Positions 33,538 to 42,360 of a stretch of DNA of 64,000 bases are shown piece by piece. The stretch's first letter is position 1. Each line of letters starts with the position of its first letter. Source of the stretch: Patescibacteria group bacterium (GTDB lineage: Bacteria; Patescibacteriota; Patescibacteriia; UBA9934); the NCBI GenBank assembly GCA_041666205.1, contig JBAYHI010000002.1, forward strand, positions 725 through 64,724. Reading direction: 5' to 3'. The position numbers were made by a program, and so were the translations under genes. The notes under the pieces are model-generated. The model searched no databases, had not been told where the DNA came from, and saw nothing but the letters and a program-made list of their open reading frames with translations.

Positions 33538-33888
33538 ATGAACAAAGAACTTTGAGATTATGAAAGTGCACAAACTGATGGCCCAGCGCAGCCACGGTTT
33601 GAGAAACCAGGGGCGCCATCGATCGATTTAAAAACTTCACGTGAAGAAGAAAGAGCTCAAAAGGCTCGGTTAGCCGAAATAGCTGCCGCTGCTGAAATTG
33701 ATGAACAAGCCAATATTCAAGCACGAGAGCGTGCAAAAATAGTAGCTGAGGCTGATGACTTGCTCGGTATGCCGCATATTCATTCAGGAAATTCGAAATT
33801 TGATGAAGTATCTGGCGGGCAGGAAGAGGAAACGCCTACTGGCACGATACGAAGTATTGTTCGACGGTTTTTTCCACCAAGACATTAA
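33538..33888 (+). pseudogene. 117-codon frame with in-frame TGA at codon 6 (pseudogene, readthrough or sequence error)
   Basis: ATG AAC AAA GAA CTT TGA, then 110 open codons to TAA; starts at a TAATATG junction; followed by a terminator. Confidence 0.55.
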
Positions 33889-33912
33889 AAAAACGGCCTA
33901 CGGGCCGTTTTT
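33887..33912. terminator. Bidirectional terminator
   Basis: aaaaaaacggcc-tacg-ggccgttttt. Confidence 0.8.
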
Positions 33913-33915
33913 CGT

Positions 33916-34473
33916 TTAGCGATTATCGCCACTAGATCTGTACAACTCTTCATTTTTAAATGGAATAAGGGCAAAGATTACGGCCTCGGTATAATAATCT
34001 GTTCTGCTCACAGCGTTATCGGTATAAATTCCCACAGCGCCATTGTCTTGCTTGGAGTTTGTGCGACCAAAAACGATATCATCTGCTTCTCCTAATTCCT
34101 TCCCTTGTCGAATCAATTCCGCCACCCTTGGAGGCAAGAAAAAAGTGCCTGTTCGACTTTTTCCGAATTGTTCATTTTTTGACTTAATGGCAATCCAGGC
34201 AAACGCTTCCATGTCCGAATTTTTCTCTTCAATCCCCCCTTCAATACCCACCCAAAAATCCGCATCGGGTTGTGCATTGAATGCATTGAGAACTCTGTTA
34301 TGGGACCCCAGCATTGTCTCTGCGTCGCTTTCTGGTTGGTCACCCACACCAGATGGAACAGAGACCCCGTCAATTTCGAACGCTTCTGTTGGGAACATCT
34401 TTTGGAAGCCATTGAGCGTGGCATTAATTTTTACTGGATTTTTAGATGCCACAATTATTTTTTTCATATTCAT
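33916..34473 (-). CDS. yjjX: Inosine/xanthosine triphosphatase
   Basis: VASKNPVKI, SGVGDQP, WVGIEGG, GKELG, KQDNGAVG, ALIPF. Confidence 0.92.
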   Translation of the reverse strand: MNMKKIIVASKNPVKINATLNGFQKMFPTEAFEIDGVSVPSGVGDQPESDAETMLGSHNRVLNAFNAQPDADFWVGIEGGIEEKNSDMEAFAWIAIKSKNEQFGKSRTGTFFLPPRVAELIRQGKELGEADDIVFGRTNSKQDNGAVGIYTDNAVSRTDYYTEAVIFALIPFKNEELYRSSGDNR

Positions 34474-34559
34474 GATGCGCTAAGATATTCGTTGAAATTC
34501 ATAGGAGGCCATTATAACAAGCCCGAAAACAAAAAACCACCAGACATCTGGTGGGTTTT

Positions 34560-34636
34560 TGGTGGACCATAAGGGACTTGAACCCTTGACCTCTTCCATG
34601 CCATGGAAGCGCTCTAGCCAACTGAGCTAATGGCCC
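34560..34636 (-). tRNA. tRNA-Ala(GGC)
   Basis: Cloverleaf GGGCCAT...CTTCC-ATGGCAT-GGAAG...TTCAAGT...ATGGTCC-ACCA; G3:U70 alanine identity pair; encoded CCA. Confidence 0.97.
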
Positions 34637-34719
34637 ATTGTTGCGATATGATAGTGAATTTATCTGATTTTGTAAAGCTGGGTGAGATTGTGTACCATGA
34701 AGCAATAATTGAGTTTCCT

Positions 34720-35043
34720 ATGACCATCCAAGAATTACAAGCTCAAATTAAGCTGTTCACTGCAAATAACCACCTGGATTCCTCTCCGGAATCGCGTATC
34801 CTCGATACGATGTCAGAGCTTGGTGAAGTTGCCAAGGAAATGCTTAAAATGACGGATTATGGAAAACAGCCCATGCAATTTCGCGAGGAAATGAAGATGG
34901 AACTCGGGGATGTTTTGTACTCACTTATTACTACAGCAAATGCGCTTGATGTGAATTTGGAGGAGGCGCTTCAGATAGTGATTGCAAAATACGAGACTCG
35001 CCTTGCGCGTGGTGGCGCAGGATCGGAAAATGAAGTGCTATAA
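34720..35043 (+). CDS. MazG-like nucleotide pyrophosphohydrolase
   Basis: SELGEVAKE, ELGDVLY, KYETR. Confidence 0.85.
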   Translation: MTIQELQAQIKLFTANNHLDSSPESRILDTMSELGEVAKEMLKMTDYGKQPMQFREEMKMELGDVLYSLITTANALDVNLEEALQIVIAKYETRLARGGAGSENEVL

Positions 35044-35093
35044 AAGGCGAATCCCGCGTGCTCGAGTGAGCCGCGGGACGACGTGGGTAGAGA

Positions 35094-35213
35094 TCAGGAC
35101 TCAACCCACTTGATGAGGAGCCACAGGCAGAAGATGCCCAAAGCTCCAAACAGGAGGGTGCCCGCGATGTTGTTGATGATCGCGGAGGAACGGGGGGAGA
35201 GCTGGGTGGACAT
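35094..35213 (-). CDS. Small 39-aa single-TM membrane protein (below ORF-track cutoff)
   Basis: MSTQLSPRSSAIINNIAGTLLFGALGIFCLWLLIKWVES; AGGAGG SD 5 nt upstream; own promoter and downstream hairpin. Confidence 0.65.
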   Translation of the reverse strand: MSTQLSPRSSAIINNIAGTLLFGALGIFCLWLLIKWVES

Positions 35214-35242
35214 GGAGTCCTCCTGCGGGGGTTAGGGAACAT

Positions 35243-35286
35243 CCCAAAAACCTAGTAATCATAGCAGGTTTTTGGGGTTTTGTCAA
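35243..35286 (-). promoter_or_regulatory. Sigma70 promoter with an 11-bp inverted repeat bracketing the -10 box
   Basis: TTGACA-17-TATGAT (TG-extended); CCCAAAAACCT-N12-AGGTTTTTGGG at 35243-35276. Confidence 0.7.
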
Positions 35287-35315
35287 TTGGAAATGGCTTA
35301 TATAAGACAAATAAT

Positions 35316-35391
35316 CCGTCATCCTGAGGCCGTAGGCCGAATGGATTCCAAGATAATTATCGAGAGATCCTTCGCTTCGCTCAGGATGACG
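35316..35391. repeat. Inverted doublet of GTCATCCTGAG repeats (REPIN-like)
   Basis: cgtcatcctgag...ctcaggatgacg; right unit nearly identical to 32774-32802. Confidence 0.85.
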
Positions 35392-35447
35392 AAATGTGTG
35401 GTATTGGGCTCGCACGAATGATTCGAAAAATGATATAATCTTTCCGT

Positions 35448-36824
35448 ATGAAAATTCGCTTGAATTTGCTTCTTTTGTCGCTAATTTTTTGCGCCTCAAT
35501 CCCCCTTTCTGCCCGCGCATTTGAATTTGATCCAAACTACATCCTTTCTGATGCTGAGCTTACGAATTCATTCTCGCTTAGTCGCGATCAAATTCAGGCA
35601 TTTCTTGACCGCGGATATCTGGGTTCCTATTCAGCACTCGATGCCGATGGGATTGTTCGAAGTGCTGTCGACATTATTGACCGCGCGGCGCAGGCTTGGG
35701 GCGTCAGTCAAAAATTCTTGCTCGTCTTGCTACAAAAAGAACAGAGCCTAATTGAAGATCCAGATCCATCTCAAAACCAGCTCGATTGGGCAACGGGCTA
35801 TGCGGTTTGCGATGATTGCTCTAAATCTGACCCGACTGTGATGCGCTGGCAGGGATTTGGCAAGCAAGTTAATTCCGCCGCGGCACAAATGACCGATGGC
35901 TATCTTGCTGATATTGAAACGTTTGGTGCCACGCAGGGAAAATATGGCCCTGGCATGTCGGTTGTCATTGATAATACATCTGTGACGCCGGCGAACGCTG
36001 CAACCGCAGCGCTTTATGCGTATACGCCCCATCTTCACGGAAATGAGAATTTCGCGGAAATCTGGAATCGTTGGTTTAGTTTGCAATATCCAAGTGGTAC
36101 GCTCGTTAAAGTTGCCGGAGAATCTGGCATCTACCTCATTGAATATGGCTATAAGCGCCCAATTCACAGCTGGAGCGCATTCAAATCTCGATTCAATGAA
36201 AACTTATTGATTGAGGTTCCACGATCCGCGCTTGCCAATTACCCAGACGGGCGCCCGATTGATTTCCCCAATTATTCTCTCTTGAACGATGAAAGCGGAA
36301 ATATTTATTTGCTCGTTGACGACACCTTGCGTCGCATTGATTCCATGGAAACATTCCGCGCGATTGGCTTCCAAACCGATGAACTCATCGACATTGAAAA
36401 TATCGACCTTGGCAATTTCGAAATGGGGCAAGATATCACAGCAACAACCATGTACCCACAAGGCGCACTCATGAAGCTTACGACCAACGGCGCCCTGTTC
36501 TATATCGAAGACGGATTGCGACACGCGGTTGTTGACCCCGCGATTGTCAAAACAAATTTTAAAAATTACGCGATTGTCAAAGTTGATCCTGCGGTTGTTG
36601 AACAGTACAAAGAAGGCAAACCAATTGTATTTTCCGACGGCTATCTCGTAAAAGCCACCGATAGCCCGGTTGTCTATATTGTGTCAGAAGGTAAATTGCG
36701 CCCGATTTTAGACGAACAGGTCTTTGGCTCCTACGGGTGGTCATTTGCCGATGTGATTGATGTTTCGCCCGGTACGCTCGTGCTCCTTCCTGTGGGATTG
36801 CCTCTCGAAGTTGCACTCAATTAA
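35448..36824 (+). CDS. Secreted protein with putative lysozyme-like N-terminal domain and four C-terminal repeats
   Basis: Signal peptide; LLVLLQKEQSLI, WATGYAVCD, ATAALYAYTPH; repeats of G.L(V/M)K....(I/V)Y.I..G.(K/L)R. Confidence 0.7.
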   Translation: MKIRLNLLLLSLIFCASIPLSARAFEFDPNYILSDAELTNSFSLSRDQIQAFLDRGYLGSYSALDADGIVRSAVDIIDRAAQAWGVSQKFLLVLLQKEQSLIEDPDPSQNQLDWATGYAVCDDCSKSDPTVMRWQGFGKQVNSAAAQMTDGYLADIETFGATQGKYGPGMSVVIDNTSVTPANAATAALYAYTPHLHGNENFAEIWNRWFSLQYPSGTLVKVAGESGIYLIEYGYKRPIHSWSAFKSRFNENLLIEVPRSALANYPDGRPIDFPNYSLLNDESGNIYLLVDDTLRRIDSMETFRAIGFQTDELIDIENIDLGNFEMGQDITATTMYPQGALMKLTTNGALFYIEDGLRHAVVDPAIVKTNFKNYAIVKVDPAVVEQYKEGKPIVFSDGYLVKATDSPVVYIVSEGKLRPILDEQVFGSYGWSFADVIDVSPGTLVLLPVGLPLEVALN

Positions 36825-36825
36825 T

Positions 36826-37620
36826 ATGCTCGTTTTTGCCGGATTCACTCCGCATTCCCCGCTTCTCTTACCCTCGATCAATAAAGATAAAATCGAGCTT
36901 GTTTCGCATACCCGCATTGCCATGGCTGACCTTGCCGAAGAATTGTATGCGGCAATGCCTGATACAATTTTGCTGTTCTCCAAGCACCCCACCATGTACC
37001 CGGACGCATTTTCTATCAACCTTGCGGATCCATTCAAATTCGATTTGAAAGAATTTGGCGACTTGAGCGAACACCGCACATTCCATCCCGACATGCTTCT
37101 GACGGATCGCGTTCAGCGTGCACTGCGAATTCAAAAAATTCCCGTGACGCTCACAAGTGATCCAGCACTTCACTATGCGTGCGCTGTTCCCCTTTCGCTT
37201 CTTACGGAGAATCTACCAAGCGTCAAACTCATGCCAATTGCGTACGCAGAGGGACTGACAGCAAAAGATCATTATAATTTTGGCTCTGCCCTCAAGGATT
37301 TGATTTTGGATTCAAATCATCGCGTGGCCGTAATTGCCTCGGGAGATTTGTCGCATGCACTCACCTCTGCTTCGCCTGCGGGATATGCGCCAGAAGGAAT
37401 ACAGTTTGATGAAAAAATTCAGGAACTCATTACCACGAAAAATTCCGCAGGACTCTTGAATTTAGAGGACACCTTTATTGCGAATGCAAAACAAGAAGCC
37501 TATTTGCCGCTTGCCATGCTCTTTGGCATCCTGGATCGTATGGCGATTTCTCCGCGTATTCTTTCGTACGAATCGCCGTTTGGCGTTGGGTATTTGGTCG
37601 CCAATTTTCAATTAAGTTGA
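36826..37620 (+). CDS. MEMO1/LigB-fold (AmmeMemoRadiSam protein B-like) protein
   Basis: PHSPLLLP, VIASGDLSHAL, SYESPFGVGY. Confidence 0.8.
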   Translation: MLVFAGFTPHSPLLLPSINKDKIELVSHTRIAMADLAEELYAAMPDTILLFSKHPTMYPDAFSINLADPFKFDLKEFGDLSEHRTFHPDMLLTDRVQRALRIQKIPVTLTSDPALHYACAVPLSLLTENLPSVKLMPIAYAEGLTAKDHYNFGSALKDLILDSNHRVAVIASGDLSHALTSASPAGYAPEGIQFDEKIQELITTKNSAGLLNLEDTFIANAKQEAYLPLAMLFGILDRMAISPRILSYESPFGVGYLVANFQLS

Positions 37621-37621
37621 T

Positions 37622-39397
37622 ATGGTCGCGGAAGTCGTCATTGTGAAGCGCCTTCCTCGGAGGTTCTCTTTTTTTGATTATAAAATTCCAGCGGGCATGA
37701 CGGTAAACGTCGGCGACTTGGTGCAAATTGATTTTCGACATCAAGCCATGTTTGGAGTGGTGCGCGCCAAGAAAAACGCATCGCATCACAAACTCATTCC
37801 GCTTCATTCGGTTGTGATCCCGGGATGGATGACAGACCGCGATATTGCACGCTTTGAGCAAATCGCACGCGTGATTGCGCAATCGCCTTCTGCCATGCTC
37901 GACGCGCTGATGACCGGATTTCGAAACCGTCTGCCAAAAGAACTGCCAAATGTATGCAAAGCACCCGAGGCGTTTACGGTTCCAAAAGCGTTGGTTGCGG
38001 AGCTTACAAAAATCGCGGTGGCCTCAGATGATGCCTTTGTGGAAACGTCGCTTGAAGGTGAGCTCGTACTTGCGCGACTCTTGCGCAAGCACGTGAACGG
38101 CCAAATGCTTTTGCTCGTTCCGCGTGAACGAATTGCCGAACAATTGGCAACCATGTTTTCACCTTCCGCGCGTGTAGCCATTCTCACAGGCGCGACGCCA
38201 GCACCGCTCCGCGAAGCCATTATTCGCGGATGGCGCTTTGGTACGATTCAAACGCTCATTGGCATGCGCCAGGCGAGTTTGTTATCGCCACACAATTTGA
38301 AGCTCGTGCATGTGCTCGATGTCGCCTCGCGCGAATACGGGATGCTCGATCGGAATCCCCGATTTGATGTGCGTCTTGCCGCGCAACTTCTCGCTCACAC
38401 TGAACGCGCACGATTTATTTCTTCAGGATCTTTCCCAGTCCTTTCGCAAGCCATGGGGACTTGGCATCTTCTCGATACCCCAAGCCCAACCATTGTCTCC
38501 ATGAAGCATCAAGAGGAAAAAACCAAGATTCCCTTTCTATCGGAAACGCTAAAAAACGCGATTGAGGAGTCTTTACGGGACAAGAAAAATGTGCTACTTT
38601 CCTTTAATCGCAAAGGGGAAGCAAGCTATGCAAGTTGCGGATCCTGTGGCGCGATTCCGCACTGTCCCACCTGCGAAAGCATCCCAACCTCCTCTGGAAC
38701 AGCCATGCACTGCCCGGTTTGTCTCCTTCACCTTCCCATGCCAACACGCTGTCCGTTCTGCGGGAGCGATCTCATTTTGGAAAAAGGACTTGGCAATAAA
38801 GCGATCAAGCGAAAATTGCAGCATGTCTTCCCAACCGCCTCGATTGGCATTATCGATAAGGGCGTGCAAGAACCGGGTTGCGATATCACGATTGCCACGG
38901 ATTACTATTTGGACATGATGCTTCCGGCATTCAAGAGACAATTTGGACGTATTGCAGCGCTCAATTTTGACAGCAATCTGGCCGCAACGCATTTTGAATC
39001 AAATGAATTTGCCGCAGGGTCGCTTCACCGACTCATGCACTTGGGAGCATTCCAAAAAGCAGAAGTCCTCATTCAAACCTGGTTGCCAGAGAGTGTTGCA
39101 GAATTTGTTTCAACAAAACGGAGCGCAGACGCCATTCTCAAGAATCGATCTGTGTATCGTCTTCCTCCTTCGGGCACACTCATTCGCATTGAAATGAAGG
39201 AGCCAGGTGATCTCGAGTGCGTGAAAGCGCTCTTCCCAAAGACGGAATTGCGCGAGCACGAACAAACCGTTGAACTGCGATTCGGAGCGATTCCAGACAC
39301 ATCGGTTTGGCTGGCACTGGAAAAACTTCCAGATCACTGTATTATTAAGACCGTGATTTCTTCCTATGACCCTCAAGATTCTCACCAATCCAAATGA
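37622..39397 (+). CDS. priA: Primosomal protein N' (degenerate helicase motifs)
   Basis: FDYKIP...GDLVQIDF 3'-DNA-binding domain, NRKG, four CxxC pairs, LIQT, LPP; upstream of def-fmt. Confidence 0.85.
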   Translation: MVAEVVIVKRLPRRFSFFDYKIPAGMTVNVGDLVQIDFRHQAMFGVVRAKKNASHHKLIPLHSVVIPGWMTDRDIARFEQIARVIAQSPSAMLDALMTGFRNRLPKELPNVCKAPEAFTVPKALVAELTKIAVASDDAFVETSLEGELVLARLLRKHVNGQMLLLVPRERIAEQLATMFSPSARVAILTGATPAPLREAIIRGWRFGTIQTLIGMRQASLLSPHNLKLVHVLDVASREYGMLDRNPRFDVRLAAQLLAHTERARFISSGSFPVLSQAMGTWHLLDTPSPTIVSMKHQEEKTKIPFLSETLKNAIEESLRDKKNVLLSFNRKGEASYASCGSCGAIPHCPTCESIPTSSGTAMHCPVCLLHLPMPTRCPFCGSDLILEKGLGNKAIKRKLQHVFPTASIGIIDKGVQEPGCDITIATDYYLDMMLPAFKRQFGRIAALNFDSNLAATHFESNEFAAGSLHRLMHLGAFQKAEVLIQTWLPESVAEFVSTKRSADAILKNRSVYRLPPSGTLIRIEMKEPGDLECVKALFPKTELREHEQTVELRFGAIPDTSVWLALEKLPDHCIIKTVISSYDPQDSHQSK

Positions 39398-39830
39398 AGT
39401 CCTCCGACGCGTTGCTCGGGATCTTTCGGTTGAGGAATTATCCACGCCGGCCATGCAAACCCTCATCGATGAGATGGGAAAAACCATGCTCCAAGAAGAT
39501 GGAGTCGGGCTTGCTGCTCCACAAATCGGAAACTCCATTCGATTAATTTCGGTTGCAACAAACGATGAGCCTCAAGCATTTGTGAATCCAAAAATCGTGC
39601 GCCATTCCTTTCGAAAAGTGAAAGGCGAAGAAGGATGTCTTTCTGTCCCAGGCGTGGTTGGAACGGTTGCACGTTATCCGCGCGTTACCGTAGAGGCGCT
39701 CGATCGATTTGGGCGTGCGGTAGTTGTGCGCGCAAGCGGACTTTCGGCCATTGTCTTCCAACACGAAATCGATCACCTCGACGGCATTTTGTTCATCGAC
39801 AAAGCAACCGCTATTCACGATAAGCCGTAA
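39366..39830 (+). CDS. def: Peptide deformylase
   Basis: GVGLAAPQIG, EGCLS, QHEIDHLDG. Confidence 0.98.
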   Translation: MTLKILTNPNEVLRRVARDLSVEELSTPAMQTLIDEMGKTMLQEDGVGLAAPQIGNSIRLISVATNDEPQAFVNPKIVRHSFRKVKGEEGCLSVPGVVGTVARYPRVTVEALDRFGRAVVVRASGLSAIVFQHEIDHLDGILFIDKATAIHDKP

Positions 39831-39831
39831 C

Positions 39832-40755
39832 ATGCGCATTCTTTTTTTCGGCACCCCTGCGTTTTCCGTTCCCTTTCTTGCGGCACTTCACGCGGAGCCC
39901 ACGATTGAAATTGCAGGGGTGGTCACTCAGCCCGATAAACCTGTTGGACGATCGCAAACGCTTACAAAATCTCCGGTTAAATTATTTGCAGAAGAAAACA
40001 ATTTGCAAATTCTTCAATTTGCAAGTCTGAAAAAAGATGAAGTGATTTCCACGCTATCTGCGCTTCATCCTGACGTCATGGTTGTTGTTGCATTTGGGAA
40101 AATTATTCCCGATGCGATTTTATCGATTGCACCACATGGCACGTTGAATGTTCATCCGTCCCTTCTTCCGAAGTATCGTGGGCCGTCGCCACGTCAAAGT
40201 GCCATTTTAAACGGCGATGAAAAAAGCGGCGTAAGCATCATGCTTCTTGATAAAGAAATGGATCATGGTCCTATCTTGGCACAAAAAGAATTTTTGCTCG
40301 ACGTGCAAGAAACCATGGAAACGCTCGAAACCAAGATTTTGAATATTGGCCCTTCCCTCCTTATTTCTACACTCAACGCATACGTAAACGGTACGCTGAC
40401 GCCAGTTCCTCAAAACGATGCCGATGCGGTGTATTGCGAATTGCTCACCCGAGAAGACGGCATTGTGAATTGGCAAATGAATGCAGAAACCATTGATCGC
40501 ATGTTTCGAGCATTTCACCCATGGCCAGGGATTTCATTCGTTTGGCATCGCAATGGCGAAGAGGTTACAATCAAATTGTTAGATATTGCAATCTCTCAGA
40601 AAAAACTCGACGCAGGCAAGGTTTTATTTGAAGATCATAAATTATTCGTCGGTACCAACTCAACGGCGATCGAAATAAAAATGCTCCAGCCTGCAAGTAA
40701 ATCCGTCATGACAGCTAAAGCATTTGTGAATGGCTACAAAGATTTTTTGAATTAG
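39832..40755 (+). CDS. fmt: Methionyl-tRNA formyltransferase
   Basis: FFGTPAF, VTQPDKPVGR, NVHPSLLPKYRGPSP, MDHGP. Confidence 0.97.
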   Translation: MRILFFGTPAFSVPFLAALHAEPTIEIAGVVTQPDKPVGRSQTLTKSPVKLFAEENNLQILQFASLKKDEVISTLSALHPDVMVVVAFGKIIPDAILSIAPHGTLNVHPSLLPKYRGPSPRQSAILNGDEKSGVSIMLLDKEMDHGPILAQKEFLLDVQETMETLETKILNIGPSLLISTLNAYVNGTLTPVPQNDADAVYCELLTREDGIVNWQMNAETIDRMFRAFHPWPGISFVWHRNGEEVTIKLLDIAISQKKLDAGKVLFEDHKLFVGTNSTAIEIKMLQPASKSVMTAKAFVNGYKDFLN

Positions 40756-42359
40756 TGCTCTCGCGTCACCACGGGTTTCATGGGGTGAAGTTGCGGGAGC
40801 ATTTTTGTTTTGCGTTCATGGTGATCGATGCGTGATTGCAGAAGCCCGGAATAATCGAGAAAAGGCAAAATGCAAAGCATGGTTACAATACCAATGGGAT
40901 GATTGAGATACGGAGAGAAAACATGCGTGACAAAGAGCGCAGCCAAAGAAGCGCTGAGCCCAAAAACAATCCATTTATATCCGTGAACGCGCAGGGTAAA
41001 CCACGCGGTTTGAGCGACGGTAAGGCAATACACAAGGAATGAAATCAACCCAATGATACCCATTTTGAGCCAGATGTCTTGATACCCCCATTCAAATCGG
41101 AATGTGGAATACGCGCCCGTCGGATTTGTGGCCAATATGCGCGGATCTGCGGAAATATAGGTGACTTCTTCCCCAAACCCAGAACCAATCACTGGGGATT
41201 TCGCAATGGCATCCATAAGCGGCGGCAGTAATTGCCAACGACTTGCAATAGCCATGCCACGCGTTGTATCGGCGCTTGTACTGTAAAATGCGGCATCCTG
41301 AAGGTTTGGTTGTGTTGGCAGTGGAAATGCAATGCTCATCCAGGCCACACATAAGCCCATACACGCGCATAAAATGATCCAGGAGAGGCGTTTGAGCATG
41401 AAGGTGATCTTTGATCGTTCAAACCACCAAATCAGCGGAATAATGAATAAAAAGGCGCAGGCAGTTCCCAATAAGAAACTCCGTGAATAGCTCAGGAATA
41501 GTCCGGCAAACGAGCCAATCATGAGGAGCATAAGCACTTCGGGCAATCGCTCCTTTTTATACAGCGAAAGCGTAACCGAAGCGCAAAGCAGTAGAATCAC
41601 AATCAAGAAAAACTGTGAAGGCATGAAAATGCGGTACCAATAGCCATCTGTGCCCAGAAGCATTGCCGTAGTTGGACTGGTGATAAGCCCCGCACTATTG
41701 GACGCGGTTTGAAGCGTAATTTCCGCAAGGCGACTGTCGCGCACAAATGTATAGAGCTCGTGGTTTACTTTGCCTGGCAGATGCGTAAACAGGAAAGACA
41801 AAAGGAGTGTCGTAGCCATGAGCCAAATGCCAGCCGCAACAATGGTTTGAATGAGTGCACGACGATCGTCTTGTTTCCACGGAAGTGAAATAAGTGGAAG
41901 CAAATAGGCAATGGAGGCATAGCTATTCAAATCATCAAACGCCAAAGAAAACGGATTTTGCGCGATTCCAATGACTGCACCAATTAGAATACCGAAGCCC
42001 AGTAAAATCCAGGGTAGATCCCGTTGAAGAAAAAATGTCGGTTTAACTTTGTGGCGCAAAAATAGGATCCCCCACCCCATCATGACGCCGGCAAAAATTG
42101 CAAGGCGAAGCGAGAGCGTGAATCCAAATAAACTCGCGTCCAGCAAATGCCCGTGCCCGCCAATGAATGTTTCAAAAAATGCGAGCAAGAGTCCGGCACG
42201 CAAATCTTGATACGTGAGTACGCCAATGGTTGCGCCGACTGCAAGCAAAACTGGTAGCGCGAAAAATGTATCGCGCAAAAACCAGGCAGCTGCATGCGCA
42301 AGAACTGCAATCCCAAGATAGACGAGCGTCGTTTTTGAAAAGAGTTGTTTGCCGAGCAT
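40752..42359 (-). CDS. O-antigen ligase/polymerase-like membrane protein
   Basis: Multi-TM; SYSRSFLLG, SPVIGSGFG, WLKMGIIG; in glycosyltransferase cluster. Confidence 0.75.
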   Translation of the reverse strand: MLGKQLFSKTTLVYLGIAVLAHAAAWFLRDTFFALPVLLAVGATIGVLTYQDLRAGLLLAFFETFIGGHGHLLDASLFGFTLSLRLAIFAGVMMGWGILFLRHKVKPTFFLQRDLPWILLGFGILIGAVIGIAQNPFSLAFDDLNSYASIAYLLPLISLPWKQDDRRALIQTIVAAGIWLMATTLLLSFLFTHLPGKVNHELYTFVRDSRLAEITLQTASNSAGLITSPTTAMLLGTDGYWYRIFMPSQFFLIVILLLCASVTLSLYKKERLPEVLMLLMIGSFAGLFLSYSRSFLLGTACAFLFIIPLIWWFERSKITFMLKRLSWIILCACMGLCVAWMSIAFPLPTQPNLQDAAFYSTSADTTRGMAIASRWQLLPPLMDAIAKSPVIGSGFGEEVTYISADPRILATNPTGAYSTFRFEWGYQDIWLKMGIIGLISFLVYCLTVAQTAWFTLRVHGYKWIVFGLSASLAALFVTHVFSPYLNHPIGIVTMLCILPFLDYSGLLQSRIDHHERKTKMLPQLHPMKPVVTREH

Positions 42360-42360
42360 A

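Noticed and set aside
33553-33555. UGA recoding (genetic code 25 or selenocysteine)
   Set aside because: Conserved genes end properly at TGA (e.g. 10655, 24077, 37620) and show no internal TGA; no redox motif context or evident SECIS
34531-34636. tRNA-Ala as a prophage or island attachment site
   Set aside because: No integrase and no duplicated tRNA 3' end seen; the adjacent inverted repeat looks like a terminator
35101-35535. 144-aa minus-strand ORF
   Set aside because: Runs through a repeat doublet and a promoter and overlaps the 35448 gene; the 39-aa ORF in another frame has the real expression signals
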